Made by a program: the position numbers and the translations under genes. 64,000 nucleotides of DNA from a virus. Positions 25,177 to 35,693 of this stretch are shown here, piece after piece. Positions within the stretch are counted from its first letter, which is position 1. The number at the start of each line of letters is the position of its first letter. Under the pieces are notes generated by a model that worked only from the letters and a program-made list of their open reading frames with translations, ran no database searches and was not told the origin of the DNA. The stretch covers positions 1 through 64,000 of IMG/VR virus record IMGVR_UViG_3300047483_000537. One strand, given 5' to 3'.

Positions 25177-26471
25177 TGCCAAAAGCAGTTATATCAAATC
25201 GCATTTATATGGATAACCCTGGTGTTGAACATACCAAGCACATTATCAAAGAGCTAACATATAAAATCAAAAAAGACACTGGTAGCAAACAATTTGCCAA
25301 GATTGAAACTATCAAGAACTATAAAGTGTTACCAAAAGGTATTCTATCAATCCCACAAGGACGACTAGACCTAATACCCGAAGGTTACGAAATAGTAGAT
25401 AAGCGAATAGTTGAAAACATACCTTTTCCAGACCCACTGTTTCCACTACGCCCAGAACAGCAAGTAGTATATGACCCAATCGACGATACTTGTTTCATCA
25501 ACGCACTGGTTGGATGGGGCAAAACATTCACCGCATTACACCTGGCACATAAGTTTGCTCAAAAAACTTTGGTTATCACGCACACGGCAGCTCTGCGAGA
25601 CCAGTGGTGTGAAGAAATCGAAGTCTTATTCGGGCACAAGCCCGGAGTTATTGGTGGTGGACGAGTTGACTACGCCGACCACTTTATTACAGTTGCCAAC
25701 ATACAAACCCTTGCTAAAATTGCTGGTGATTTATCTAAAGAGTTTGGGACTATTATCCTTGACGAAGCCCACCACTGTCCTGCCACTACATTTGCACAAA
25801 CAGTGGACGTTTTTCATGCCCGTTACAGGATTGCGCTAAGTGGCACAATGATTCGTAAAGACGGCAAGCATATACTATTCCAAGACTACTTTGGCCCATT
25901 AGTATACAAACCGTCACAGTCTAATACACTAACACCCACAGTGCACATTGTGCGTAGTGGCATTACACTCAAGCCTGGCGTACCTTGGGTAGATAAAATA
26001 ACTGACTTATGCGAGTCAGAAAACTACAGAGAATTTATAGCTAGTATAGCTAAGATGCACATAAAAAGCGGCCACTCAGTATTGGTTATTGCTGACCGAG
26101 TGGAATTTTTACACAAAGTGAAAGAATACATTGGCGAAGATTGCGCGGTTGTTACAGGCGACACAGAATACGAAGAACGACAACTTGTCAAACAACAAGT
26201 CCTTGACGGAAGCAAAAAAGCCATTTGTGGCTCAAGGCAAATCTTCTCAGAAGGCATTTCTATTAACGCACTCAGCTGTGTTATCTTAGCAGTACCAATG
26301 AGTAATGATAGTCTACTAGAACAAATTGTAGGGCGGGTACAGCGACTACACGAAGCTAAATTAGACCCGCTGGTTGTAGACATTAACTTTGCTGGTTATG
26401 CCGATAAAAAGCAAAACAACGATAGGCTTGCGCTTTACTTACGCAAGGGATGGCAGGTTATATCAGCATGA
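25176..26471 (+). CDS. SF2 DEAH helicase (T5 D10-like)
   Basis: GWGKT, DEAHH, LSGT, EQIVGRVQR. Confidence 0.92.
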   Translation: MPKAVISNRIYMDNPGVEHTKHIIKELTYKIKKDTGSKQFAKIETIKNYKVLPKGILSIPQGRLDLIPEGYEIVDKRIVENIPFPDPLFPLRPEQQVVYDPIDDTCFINALVGWGKTFTALHLAHKFAQKTLVITHTAALRDQWCEEIEVLFGHKPGVIGGGRVDYADHFITVANIQTLAKIAGDLSKEFGTIILDEAHHCPATTFAQTVDVFHARYRIALSGTMIRKDGKHILFQDYFGPLVYKPSQSNTLTPTVHIVRSGITLKPGVPWVDKITDLCESENYREFIASIAKMHIKSGHSVLVIADRVEFLHKVKEYIGEDCAVVTGDTEYEERQLVKQQVLDGSKKAICGSRQIFSEGISINALSCVILAVPMSNDSLLEQIVGRVQRLHEAKLDPLVVDINFAGYADKKQNNDRLALYLRKGWQVISA

Positions 26472-26482
26472 TAAATTTTGAC

Positions 26483-26511
26483 TTGTCAGATAAAGCCTAC
26501 TATGTTATAAT
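26483..26511 (+). promoter_or_regulatory. Sigma70-type promoter
   Basis: (AC)TTGTCA-N17-TATAAT. Confidence 0.75.
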
Positions 26512-26531
26512 AGAATCTCATTTTGCAGATA

Positions 26532-26909
26532 ATGTCAATACTATTTTTTAATTTAGAATTGTTAGAGGCAAAATCACAATGTGATCCTACATTAATGTTA
26601 TCAATGATTAAGGCCCACTTCGATAAAAAACTAATACCTAAAAACAACAGAGACAAAACCGTACTCAAATCCCTAGTAGGCAACAGTTACTTATTGAATG
26701 TGGAACCCTTATTTAGCGACTCCGCAGATATTGTGTATAAAGCACAATACATAAGACTAGCAGGTAGACGTGATTACACAGCGTTTAAATTTTATTCTCA
26801 CAGACACTTAGACCTTTCATTCTTCAGTGACTTAGACCTAGACGCTATAAAACACAACCCACTGCTCAAAATCACAGACAACAAAATATATTTCAAATAC
26901 GAGAATTAA
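26532..26909 (+). CDS. Conserved T5-like hypothetical protein
   Basis: Synteny before D11; NPLL.....I.FKYE end. Confidence 0.65.
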   Translation: MSILFFNLELLEAKSQCDPTLMLSMIKAHFDKKLIPKNNRDKTVLKSLVGNSYLLNVEPLFSDSADIVYKAQYIRLAGRRDYTAFKFYSHRHLDLSFFSDLDLDAIKHNPLLKITDNKIYFKYEN

Positions 26910-26912
26910 AAC

Positions 26913-27557
26913 ATGGCAATTTCATTTAAAAATACAAAAGGCAAAGCACAGTCTAACAAAGTTGATGCTTATGAGTACAAAGACGGTGAAAACACTGTTC
27001 GACTAATTGGCGGCGTGCTCCCACGTTACATTTACTGGGTTAAAGGCAGCAACAACAAAGACATTCCAATCGAGTGCTTGGCTTTTGATCGTGAAGCCGA
27101 AAAGTTCAACAATCTTGAAAAAGATCATGTTCCAGCCTTCTACCCAGAACTGAAGTGCTCTTGGAGCTACACAGTTAACTGTATCGACCCTAGAGACGGT
27201 AAAGTTAAAGCCTTGAACTTGAAAAAGAAACTGTTTGAACAGATTCTTAGTACCGCAGAAGACCTGGGCCTAGACCCTACAGATTACGACGAAGGTTTTG
27301 ATATTGTATTCAATCGTGTTAAAACCGGCCCATTGGCGTTCAACATCAGCTATGACTTGAAGCCATTGAAGTGCAAAAAGCGTGCTTTGTCTGAAGACGA
27401 GCGAGCTGCTGCCGATGCAGCTAAGTCTATTGACGAAAAATACCCACGCCCAACCGAAGCCGAAGTATTGGCACTGTTGGAGAAAATCAATTCTAATACT
27501 GAAGACGGCGATGTTGGCGATGATGCCGCTCAAGAAGCTGTTAAAGAACTAGGTTAA
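26913..27557 (+). CDS. ssDNA-binding protein (T5 D11-like)
   Basis: G.N.VRLIGGVLPRY.YW, LKKKLF, KTGPL, acidic tail. Confidence 0.85.
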   Translation: MAISFKNTKGKAQSNKVDAYEYKDGENTVRLIGGVLPRYIYWVKGSNNKDIPIECLAFDREAEKFNNLEKDHVPAFYPELKCSWSYTVNCIDPRDGKVKALNLKKKLFEQILSTAEDLGLDPTDYDEGFDIVFNRVKTGPLAFNISYDLKPLKCKKRALSEDERAAADAAKSIDEKYPRPTEAEVLALLEKINSNTEDGDVGDDAAQEAVKELG

Positions 27558-27566
27558 TAAACTCAT

Positions 27567-27601
27567 AGCCCGCTAATCTTAAAAGCTTAGCGGGCTATTT
27601 T
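27567..27601 (+). terminator. Intrinsic terminator
   Basis: AGCCCGCTAA/TTAGCGGGCT + ATTTT. Confidence 0.8.
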
Positions 27602-27613
27602 GTCTAGTAAAAC

Positions 27614-28585
27614 ATGAAAATACTTTTTACAGCCGATGTTCACATTAAATTAGGTCAGAAAAATGTGCCAGTAGATTGGTCTAAAAACCGATTTGCTTTG
27701 TTCGTAGATCAGTTTGCTGAAATGCAAAACTCAGCAGACTTTGTAATTGTTGGTGGTGATATATTTGACCGACTACCAACAATGGATGAAGTAGAACTAT
27801 ACTTCGACTTTGTTGCTTCTATGAAAAAGCCCACGATTATCTTTGATGGTAATCACGAGGCAACTAAAAAAGCTCAGACTTTTTTAACTTATTTGAAAAA
27901 AGCTACTAATCGTTTAAATCCGCTTGTGCGTGTTGTTGATGATTACGAATACTTTGTTGGATTTGACTTAGATGTTATTCCTTACTGCAAACTAAAAGAT
28001 TTTGAAAAGAATCACGGCTCAACGGATTTTAAGGGACGTATTCTTTGCAGCCACTTTCGCGCGGAGATTCCTCCACACGTAAAGCCAGAAATTGACTTAG
28101 ATTTATTTAATCGCTGGGATGTTGTTTTAGCAGGTGACTTACATAGTTATGAAAACTCTCAGCGCAATATTCTTTATCCTGGCAGTCCTTATACTACTAG
28201 CTTTCATCGAAGCAGAGTCGATACTGGCGCTATTATCCTTGATGTTGATACTCTTAGTCATGAATGGAGAAAGTTCGACTTACCGCAGCTTATCAAGAAA
28301 ACGATCACTGCCGAAGAGGCCACCACCTCCGCCAATGCCACCTCCTTTGACCACACAATCTACGAAGTCGAAGGAGACATACAAGAACTTGGAGCACTTG
28401 AAGACTCCGCACTAATAGCCTCAAAAGTTATCAAGCGAGACACAGATTCGGCTCTTATTCTTGACCCAGAAATGAGCTTGGACGAAGAAGTCCGAGAATA
28501 CTTAACCTATATATTAGAACTTCCAGAAGCTACAGTCGATAAAGTTCTCAAGGAGATGCAAGATCATGCAGACAAACTTAACTAA
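27614..28585 (+). CDS. SbcD/Mre11-like nuclease (T5 D12-like)
   Basis: ADVH, GGDIFD, GNHE, AGDLH, YPGSP. Confidence 0.9.
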   Translation: MKILFTADVHIKLGQKNVPVDWSKNRFALFVDQFAEMQNSADFVIVGGDIFDRLPTMDEVELYFDFVASMKKPTIIFDGNHEATKKAQTFLTYLKKATNRLNPLVRVVDDYEYFVGFDLDVIPYCKLKDFEKNHGSTDFKGRILCSHFRAEIPPHVKPEIDLDLFNRWDVVLAGDLHSYENSQRNILYPGSPYTTSFHRSRVDTGAIILDVDTLSHEWRKFDLPQLIKKTITAEEATTSANATSFDHTIYEVEGDIQELGALEDSALIASKVIKRDTDSALILDPEMSLDEEVREYLTYILELPEATVDKVLKEMQDHADKLN

Positions 28586-28838
28586 AACAGCAGAAGTATG
28601 GTCTCAAACTAACTGCCCAGCGTGCACAGAAGCCAAAAGGTTACTAGAGCGTAGTGGGATAAAAATAGTTGAGAAAATGCTTGGCATTAATGGTTTTACC
28701 AAAAAAGACCTAATTGAAAAAGTCCCTGATGCTCGAAGCGTACCACAAATCTTTGTAGATGGTGAGCATATTGGTGGGCTAAACGAATTAAAACGAAAAT
28801 TAGCAAATGATAACAATAAAAACACTAGCATGGTCTAA
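28566..28838 (+). CDS. Glutaredoxin
   Basis: CPAC, RSVPQIFVDGEHIGG. Confidence 0.9.
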   Translation: MQTNLTKTAEVWSQTNCPACTEAKRLLERSGIKIVEKMLGINGFTKKDLIEKVPDARSVPQIFVDGEHIGGLNELKRKLANDNNKNTSMV

Positions 28839-30645
28839 CGCATTTAGTTACGGCTCAGACAACAAAATTGACTTTACTAATGCTCCGCTAACTCAACTTG
28901 TTGGCAAAAATGGACATGGAAAAAGTTCTATTGCTCTAGTGTTAGAAGAAGTTTTATTTAACAAGAACTCTAAGTCTATTAAAAAGGCAGACATTCTTAA
29001 CCGATATGTTAAAGATAAGGCTTATAGCATTAACCTAGTATTCGAGCGAGACGGTATAGAGTACACTATTGATACAAAGCGTGGTAGTACTCAAACTGTT
29101 AAACTTTACAAAAATGGTAATGATATTAGTGCCCATACTGCCACACAAACTTACAAAATAATTGAAGAAGTCCTAGGCTTTGATCATAAAACCTTTTCGC
29201 AGATTGTGTACCAAAGCAATGCTAGTAGTCTAGAGTTTTTAACGGCGCCTGATACTGCTCGTAAGAAGTTTCTTATTGAGATTTTAGATCTAGGTAGATA
29301 TACTCAGGCGCAGGAAGTTTTCAAAGAAACTGCTCAAGAGCTTGGCAAAGATATTACCACAGTACAGTCCCAGGTCAACACAGTAACAGCCTGGTTAGAC
29401 AAATACGAAAAAATGGATCTAACTCCGCAAGTTTTGCAGTCAGTAATTGCTGTAGATGCAGAGCAATTGGTAGAGCTAGATAAACTGGACAGCTCGATTA
29501 AAAACATCGAGACCACAAATAAAAAGATCACACAAAATAACACTTACAAGCAATTACAAGCTAAAATTAAACTATTTCCTATTCCTGAGAAACCAACTGA
29601 GGATACAAAGCCATTAGTATCCGAAGCAGGTAAGCTAAATACAGAATCAGTTGAGCTATCTAAAACTATTCGAGATTCACAAGCATTTGTTAAAAAGATT
29701 GGTGCTTTGCACGGAACGTGCCCAACTTGTTTGCAAGATATTGATGAAGCTAAAATTAGCGAATTGATTGAAGAACAGCAAAAGATTCAAGAGACCGCCA
29801 GTATTAGTAGTGCTAGAATTGCTGCTAGAATAAGTGAAATTGACGCTATACGTGCAGATATTACAAAACGTATGCAAGCCTGGGAGTCTGCTAGTAAATC
29901 GATGGAAGAGTGGGAAAAGTATCACTCACTGATTGACACAGATATTCAAGAAGACTTACTAGATAAAAATGAACTAGAGTCTAAGTTTATTGGGCTGCAA
30001 AAAGCAATAGCAACTCTAAAAGATACTATTGCCAGAGCTGAAAAACATAACCTAGCTGCCAGTGCTCATAATGCAAAAATCGATACTATTTCAAAGCAGA
30101 TAGTAGACATGAATGAAGAGTTGGAAACATACAGTGGTAAGCTGCATGAACTCTCAGAGCGAATGAGTATTATTAATGTTCTAACAAAGACATTTTCTAC
30201 TACTGGATTAGTGGCTTATAAGATTGAGTGTTTAGTAAAAGACTTAGAAGAAATAACAAATAAATATCTTGTAGATTTGAGTGACGGTAGATTTCAAATA
30301 TCGTTCAAGGTATCTACTAGCGATAAACTTAATGTCATTATTACTGATAATGGTAAGGATATCGAAATGTTGGCATTAAGTGGTGGCGAGCGTGCTAGAG
30401 TTAACGTAGCTACACTACTTGCAATTCGTAAGTTAATGCAAACTTTAAGTGCATCTAGAATTAACTTACTGATTCTAGACGAGACTGTAGAAGCTCTGGA
30501 CGTGGACGGAAAAGAGCGATTAATCGAAGTCTTATTAAAAGAAGAGCATCTGAATACGTTTCTAGTGTCTCACGGCTTTAGCCACCCACTACTTGAAAAA
30601 GTCAATGTAGTGAAAAACAATAATATATCTCAGATTGAATCATGA
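28807..30645 (+). CDS. SbcC/Rad50-like ATPase (T5 D13-like)
   Basis: GKNGHGKS, CPTC zinc hook, LSGGE, LILDE, SH. Confidence 0.92.
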   Translation: MITIKTLAWSNAFSYGSDNKIDFTNAPLTQLVGKNGHGKSSIALVLEEVLFNKNSKSIKKADILNRYVKDKAYSINLVFERDGIEYTIDTKRGSTQTVKLYKNGNDISAHTATQTYKIIEEVLGFDHKTFSQIVYQSNASSLEFLTAPDTARKKFLIEILDLGRYTQAQEVFKETAQELGKDITTVQSQVNTVTAWLDKYEKMDLTPQVLQSVIAVDAEQLVELDKLDSSIKNIETTNKKITQNNTYKQLQAKIKLFPIPEKPTEDTKPLVSEAGKLNTESVELSKTIRDSQAFVKKIGALHGTCPTCLQDIDEAKISELIEEQQKIQETASISSARIAARISEIDAIRADITKRMQAWESASKSMEEWEKYHSLIDTDIQEDLLDKNELESKFIGLQKAIATLKDTIARAEKHNLAASAHNAKIDTISKQIVDMNEELETYSGKLHELSERMSIINVLTKTFSTTGLVAYKIECLVKDLEEITNKYLVDLSDGRFQISFKVSTSDKLNVIITDNGKDIEMLALSGGERARVNVATLLAIRKLMQTLSASRINLLILDETVEALDVDGKERLIEVLLKEEHLNTFLVSHGFSHPLLEKVNVVKNNNISQIES

Positions 30646-30989
30646 TTAAAATTGAACAACTTAAAAGTGGCTGCACCGCCACTATTCAACGCAACGGTGT
30701 TAGACAACCAGTATACGTAGGTATGGTTGTAACTAAAGCGGAAGTAGATAGCTTAGAACTTGCTCAAGGTACATTGGTGTATACAATTGACGAAGAGCAA
30801 GTTGTAGAACTAAGTCAAGGGTCTCCCGTAGAAGTAACTATCAGCGATACGGTAGTTGCTACCGAAATTCCCAGCACTGAAGTCCAGGATACCATTACCA
30901 TGGAACTTACAAGTCAAGAAGACGAAGCTCCGAAGCCGGTAACAAAACCAGCAATTGTCAAGCCTGCGCCAAGAGCTAAAGCTAAGTAA
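30642..30989 (+). CDS. Hypothetical protein
   Basis: Coupled ORF. Confidence 0.6.
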   Translation: MIKIEQLKSGCTATIQRNGVRQPVYVGMVVTKAEVDSLELAQGTLVYTIDEEQVVELSQGSPVEVTISDTVVATEIPSTEVQDTITMELTSQEDEAPKPVTKPAIVKPAPRAKAK

Positions 30990-31447
30990 TGGTTGTTGAT
31001 GCTAGAGCCAAAGGAGCACGTACTGAAACTACAGTACGTGATCTTTTGAAGAAACACACAGGTTTAGGGTGGGAAAGAGTACCTGGCTCTGGTGCACTAG
31101 ATCCTAAACACTTGCTTAAAGGCGATCTCTATGTACCAGGACGCACTAATCTTTGGTGTGTGGAGGTAAAAGGATATGCTGAAGACCATTTAACTTCGCA
31201 GCTATTAACTTCTAAAAATCCACAACTTGTTGAGTTCTGGGAACAGACTTTGCGTCAAGGTAAGCAAGTAGATAAAAAACCACTACTAATATTTAAATTT
31301 AATCGTAGCAAAGTATTCGTAGCTTTTGACGATATGCCTAATAGTCAAAACTACCGTTGCGTATACTATAACCATGAAACGCATGAATTCTATGTGGCGC
31401 TCTTAGAAGATTGGTTAAAGTATGAGCAACCTGAATTTGTAACTTGA
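30989..31447 (+). CDS. PD-(D/E)xK Holliday-junction-resolvase-like protein (T5 D14-like)
   Basis: RAKGAR.E, RVPGSGA, KGD, VEVK. Confidence 0.85.
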   Translation: MVVDARAKGARTETTVRDLLKKHTGLGWERVPGSGALDPKHLLKGDLYVPGRTNLWCVEVKGYAEDHLTSQLLTSKNPQLVEFWEQTLRQGKQVDKKPLLIFKFNRSKVFVAFDDMPNSQNYRCVYYNHETHEFYVALLEDWLKYEQPEFVT

Positions 31448-31472
31448 ATACTTATGTCTAATAGTGTATAAT
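31444..31472 (+). promoter_or_regulatory. Sigma70-type promoter
   Basis: (AC)TTGAAT-N17-TATAAT. Confidence 0.75.
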
Positions 31473-31498
31473 ATACACTTAACCACAGAAATATACAC

Positions 31499-32344
31499 AT
31501 GAGTATTACATTTAAACAAGCAGCCGCAACAAATAACACACTACTGGTAGTAGATGCACTAAACTTAGCTTTCCGCTATAAACACAGCGGTGCTACGGAT
31601 TTTGCCACAGACTATATCCGCACAATTGATAGCTTGAAAAAATCTTACAAAGCTTCGCACGTTATCGTTGCTTGCGATCAAGGGTCAAGTGCTTATCGTA
31701 AAGCTCTGAGTCCAGAATATAAGCAAAATCGTAAAGATAAACAAGAACAACAAACTGATGCTGAAAAAGCAGCTTTTGAATTATTCTTTGAAGATTTTCA
31801 GGCAACTATCAAACAGATCGAAGATACTACAAGCTATCCTGTTTTGCGCTTCCAAGGTGTAGAGGCTGACGATATTGCTGCATATATTGTGTCGCAAAAA
31901 TCTAATCTGAGCACAGACGACATTTGGCTTATCTCTAGTGACCGAGATTGGGACTTACTAATACAGCCAGGAGTTAGTCGCTTCAGTTACGTAACTCGCA
32001 AAGAAGTAACAATTGATAATTGGAACGATCACTATGACTTTGAACCGGAAGATTATATTTCTATTAAGTGTCTTACCGGCGATACTGGAGATAACGTTTT
32101 TGGTGTTCCCGGCATTGGCCCCAAGCGCGCTCAATCACTTGTTAGTGAGTACGGTAGTACCTATGACATTATTGCCAGTTTACCTATTGCTGGTAAATAC
32201 AAGTATATTCAAGAACTCAACAAGTGTAAAGACTTGTTGATGCTTAATTACCAACTAATGGACTTGGTCACACATTGTGAAGAAGCCATTGGAGCAGACA
32301 ATCTGCAAACAATCAACGAAACCTTAGAACTTTATTTAAAATGA
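31499..32344 (+). CDS. Flap endonuclease / 5'-3' exonuclease (T5 D15-like)
   Basis: VD.LNLAFR, YK.NR, GVEADD, SSDRD, GD.GDNV.GV.GIG.KRA. Confidence 0.93.
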   Translation: MSITFKQAAATNNTLLVVDALNLAFRYKHSGATDFATDYIRTIDSLKKSYKASHVIVACDQGSSAYRKALSPEYKQNRKDKQEQQTDAEKAAFELFFEDFQATIKQIEDTTSYPVLRFQGVEADDIAAYIVSQKSNLSTDDIWLISSDRDWDLLIQPGVSRFSYVTRKEVTIDNWNDHYDFEPEDYISIKCLTGDTGDNVFGVPGIGPKRAQSLVSEYGSTYDIIASLPIAGKYKYIQELNKCKDLLMLNYQLMDLVTHCEEAIGADNLQTINETLELYLK

Positions 32345-32814
32345 ACAACAGCGCATATCTCTCCTACGATCCTAATACAATGAACTATCGTAGCTATCCT
32401 AAAATTCAATGCCAAGTCCAGCCAGGAGCTAAGCTTCCAGAACGAGCTCATCCCACAGATGCAGGTGCTGATCTTTTTGCACTTGAAAGTTATGAAATTT
32501 ATCCTGGTGAACAAAAACTTGTGGATACGGGTATAGCGGTCAAAATTCCAGAGAACTTCGTAGGCCTTATTTATAATAGGAGTTCGCAAGGGAAAAAAGG
32601 TATTACAATCCCACACTCTGTTGGAGTCATTGATTCCGATTATCGTGGAAATTTAAAAGTTTTGCTAAAAAATATTTCGGAAGATCCTTACCTTGTTCAG
32701 GAAGGTGACCGAATCGCACAGCTAGTCATTCAACCAGTCCAGCTTGTGGACTTTGTAGATAGTTGGAATGACACAAAACGTGGTACTGGTGGATTCGGTT
32801 CCACTGGACAATAA
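32341..32814 (+). CDS. dut: dUTPase (trimeric)
   Basis: AGADL, RSS, GVIDSDYRG, GDRIAQL, RG.GGFGSTG. Confidence 0.95.
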   Translation: MNNSAYLSYDPNTMNYRSYPKIQCQVQPGAKLPERAHPTDAGADLFALESYEIYPGEQKLVDTGIAVKIPENFVGLIYNRSSQGKKGITIPHSVGVIDSDYRGNLKVLLKNISEDPYLVQEGDRIAQLVIQPVQLVDFVDSWNDTKRGTGGFGSTGQ

Positions 32815-32830
32815 ATAAGAAAGATCATTA

Positions 32831-34798
32831 ATGACAGCAGTTTCAACACGAGCACAAGTAATTACACGTCGTACGTACAATCGCCCTACATCAGACGACG
32901 GAAAACAATTTGAAACATGGGAAGAAACGGTAGCCCGCGTTATTGACCACCAACAGTGGTTATGGGAACGAGCAGTCGGACGCGACTTAAATGACGTAGA
33001 ATACGCAGAACTTTACGATCTTGAGCAACTGATGCTAGATCGCAAAGTTTTAATGAGCGGTCGCACACTTTGGCTTGGTGGAACTAATGTTGCCAAAACC
33101 CGTGAAGCATCCCAATTTAATTGCTCGTTTACACACGTTGAAACAATCTATGACGTAGTTGACGTCCTATGGCTGTTATTACAAGGTTGTGGTGTTGGCT
33201 TTAAGCCAATTGTTGGAACACTAAATGGTTTCTCAAAACCGATCAAAAATATTCGTGTAGTACGTAGTACTCGCACTGAAAAGGGCGGAAATGAGTATAA
33301 CACAGAAACATTTGATGAAGAAACAAAAGTCTGGACTATCCAGGTTGGAGACAGTGCAGAAGCTTGGGCAAAATCTATTGGAAAGTTGCTTGCGGGTAAG
33401 TATCCTGCTGATACTTTGGTACTTGATTTTAGCCAGCTACGACCAGCAGGTGAAAGGTTAAAAGGTTATGGATGGATTAGCTCTGGAGATTCGGCAATTA
33501 GTACTGCTTATACTGCTATCGCCAATATACTTAATGGGCGTGCTGATAGCTTGCTTACTCGCATGGACATTCTTGACATTGTTAATCATCTGGGTACCAT
33601 TCTATCTAGTCGCCGCAGTGCTGAAATCGCACTATTCGACTACGACCAACCGGAATGGGAAGAATTTGCCGTAGCCAAAAAAGATTGGTGGCTACATAAC
33701 AATGCACACCGTACACAATCCAATAACAGCTTGGTATTTAAAAAGAAACCACTAAAATCTGACCTAGAACGTATCTTTGGTATGATGGTTGAGGCGGGCG
33801 GAAGTGAGCCAGGATTTATCAATGAAGTTGAAGCATTACGTCGCGCTCCATGGTTCAAAGGTGCAAACCCTTGCGTGGAAATCTTACTTGGTAACAAAGC
33901 TTTTTGTAATCTTACCGAGACCGATATTGCTAAGTTCAAAGGGGACACAGCTGGTTTACATAACGCAATTAGACTTGCAGCCCGTGCAAACTATCGTCAA
34001 ACCTGCGTTAACTTGCAAGACGGAATTCTTCAAGAATCTTGGCATCTCAACAACTATTTCTTGCGTCTTTGCGGAGTTGGCTTAACTGGTATTGCTATGC
34101 GTCCAGATATGGGTGCTTATGATTACGAGTACTTGAAGCGTACCGCTACTGGAGCAGCTATCGGTATGAGTTTAGAACTAGGATTGCCAGCTCCTAAAAA
34201 TGTAACTTGTATCAAGCCATCAGGTACATTGTCAAAAATCATGGATACCACAGAAGGTGTTCACAAACCTCTAGGAAAGTACATTTTCAATAATGTTCAA
34301 TTTAGCAAGCATGACCCGGTGGTTGAAAAACTACGTGAAGCGGGTTACCGTGTTATTAATCATCCTGTTGATGATTCTGGAGTGCTTGTTACGTTTCCGG
34401 TAATGTGGGACGGAGTTCCGTTTGACAAAGTAGATGGTAAAGAAGTTAACATTGAATCAGCAGTTGTACAGCTTGAGCGCTATAAATTGCTACAAACATC
34501 CTGGAACCAGCAGAATACTTCGGTAACTATTAGTTACGATCCAAGTGAAGTACCTGCAATTATTGATTGGTTGCTAGACAACTGGGATTGTTATGTTGGT
34601 GTGAGTTTTATTTACCGCACAGACCCAACCAAGACTGCCAAAGACTTGGGTTATCTATACCTTCCACAAGAAGTTGTAACCGAGCAAGACTACAAAGAGT
34701 ATGTGCAAGAACTAAGTTTAGTAGACTTGAACAATACCAATAGTTTTGATGAAATCACAGACGCAGAGTGTGCCACAGGTGCATGCCCTATTAAATAA
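32831..34798 (+). CDS. nrdJ: Class II (B12-dependent, monomeric type) ribonucleotide reductase
   Basis: RRTYNR, FNC, RRSAEIA, NPCVEI, TCIKPSGT, C-terminal CATGACPIK. Confidence 0.9.
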   Translation: MTAVSTRAQVITRRTYNRPTSDDGKQFETWEETVARVIDHQQWLWERAVGRDLNDVEYAELYDLEQLMLDRKVLMSGRTLWLGGTNVAKTREASQFNCSFTHVETIYDVVDVLWLLLQGCGVGFKPIVGTLNGFSKPIKNIRVVRSTRTEKGGNEYNTETFDEETKVWTIQVGDSAEAWAKSIGKLLAGKYPADTLVLDFSQLRPAGERLKGYGWISSGDSAISTAYTAIANILNGRADSLLTRMDILDIVNHLGTILSSRRSAEIALFDYDQPEWEEFAVAKKDWWLHNNAHRTQSNNSLVFKKKPLKSDLERIFGMMVEAGGSEPGFINEVEALRRAPWFKGANPCVEILLGNKAFCNLTETDIAKFKGDTAGLHNAIRLAARANYRQTCVNLQDGILQESWHLNNYFLRLCGVGLTGIAMRPDMGAYDYEYLKRTATGAAIGMSLELGLPAPKNVTCIKPSGTLSKIMDTTEGVHKPLGKYIFNNVQFSKHDPVVEKLREAGYRVINHPVDDSGVLVTFPVMWDGVPFDKVDGKEVNIESAVVQLERYKLLQTSWNQQNTSVTISYDPSEVPAIIDWLLDNWDCYVGVSFIYRTDPTKTAKDLGYLYLPQEVVTEQDYKEYVQELSLVDLNNTNSFDEITDAECATGACPIK

Positions 34799-34811
34799 CC
34801 TTAAATAAAAT

Positions 34812-34997
34812 ATGAACGATCTAAAATTCAACCTATCCGATCTAACTCTTGACGAAGTAAATGCTATTTTAGCAGGCTTACAAGAATTGCCAGGTAAAAT
34901 TTGCAATCCAGTATCACAAAAGATTCGCCAACAGGCCGAAGCTCAGATACCAAAGCAAGAACCTTCAATGCAAGACTTAGCTCAACCAGCTGAGTAA
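34812..34997 (+). CDS. Small hypothetical protein
   Basis: LTLDEVNAILAGL.ELP..KI..QA..Q. Confidence 0.65.
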   Translation: MNDLKFNLSDLTLDEVNAILAGLQELPGKICNPVSQKIRQQAEAQIPKQEPSMQDLAQPAE

Positions 34998-35007
34998 TTA
35001 GCCAAAC

Positions 35008-35043
35008 AAAAAGCCCCTGTATAGCAATATACAGGGGCTTTTT
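35008..35043. terminator. Bidirectional terminator at the early/late convergence
   Basis: A5-GCCCCTGTATA/TATACAGGGGC-T5. Confidence 0.9.
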
Positions 35044-35045
35044 GT

Positions 35046-35684
35046 TTACAGCGGTGTATCTTCTGTGCTATCTTCGTCATCAACGTTTTCGTAATCTACA
35101 ACGTCTTCTGGTGCTAGTTCGCTGAATACTAAAACTAATATATCACGATATGGTTGTTCTACAAGATGTAAATCTAACAAATAAGTATCTAAATGATTGT
35201 TTCGTAACAACTGAGCATGGTACATAAACTGACCAAAAGCATCCAGTGATTCTGAAATATTTTCGTTAGCATAATTTTCTAAAGTTTGTGCTGCAGCTTG
35301 CAGCATTACCTTGGGTACTTGAGATTTTGTAACTGTTAGCAATCTAATTGCTTTGGCTTCACGTGCTCGCATAATCTGGTTGCGTTTTGCAGTACTCCAA
35401 GAGTAACCACCGTCACCACCCCATAAGTCCCAAGCTACTCTGCCTTTACTTGGAAAACCTTCTTCACCACTGCGAAAACCAGTTGCTTGTTTGTCTGGCT
35501 CGTGTCGGCTAAAAAAGCTGTACATTCGTAATACAACGCTTTCTGATAGTGGCTCACGGTCTTTTAGTTGATTAGCACGAGCCAAACCAACAAGCGTACC
35601 GCCAGGCTGACCTTCGTCTTTCCACTTTAAAGCACGTTTGGCAGCACTTGCCATGCCCGTTGTTGGTTTGTATGTTTTTGCCAT
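35046..35684 (-). CDS. Conserved phage protein of unknown function
   Basis: P..GM...A.RAL.W..GGT.VG..RANQL..RMYSFFSRH..PS.GRVAW.LWGGD motif. Confidence 0.7.
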   Translation of the reverse strand: MAKTYKPTTGMASAAKRALKWKDEGQPGGTLVGLARANQLKDREPLSESVVLRMYSFFSRHEPDKQATGFRSGEEGFPSKGRVAWDLWGGDGGYSWSTAKRNQIMRAREAKAIRLLTVTKSQVPKVMLQAAAQTLENYANENISESLDAFGQFMYHAQLLRNNHLDTYLLDLHLVEQPYRDILVLVFSELAPEDVVDYENVDDEDSTEDTPL

Positions 35685-35693
35685 ACTAGTCCT

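Noticed and set aside
22395-34798. Inteins/introns in pol, helicases or RNR
   Set aside because: Protein lengths are normal and motifs contiguous
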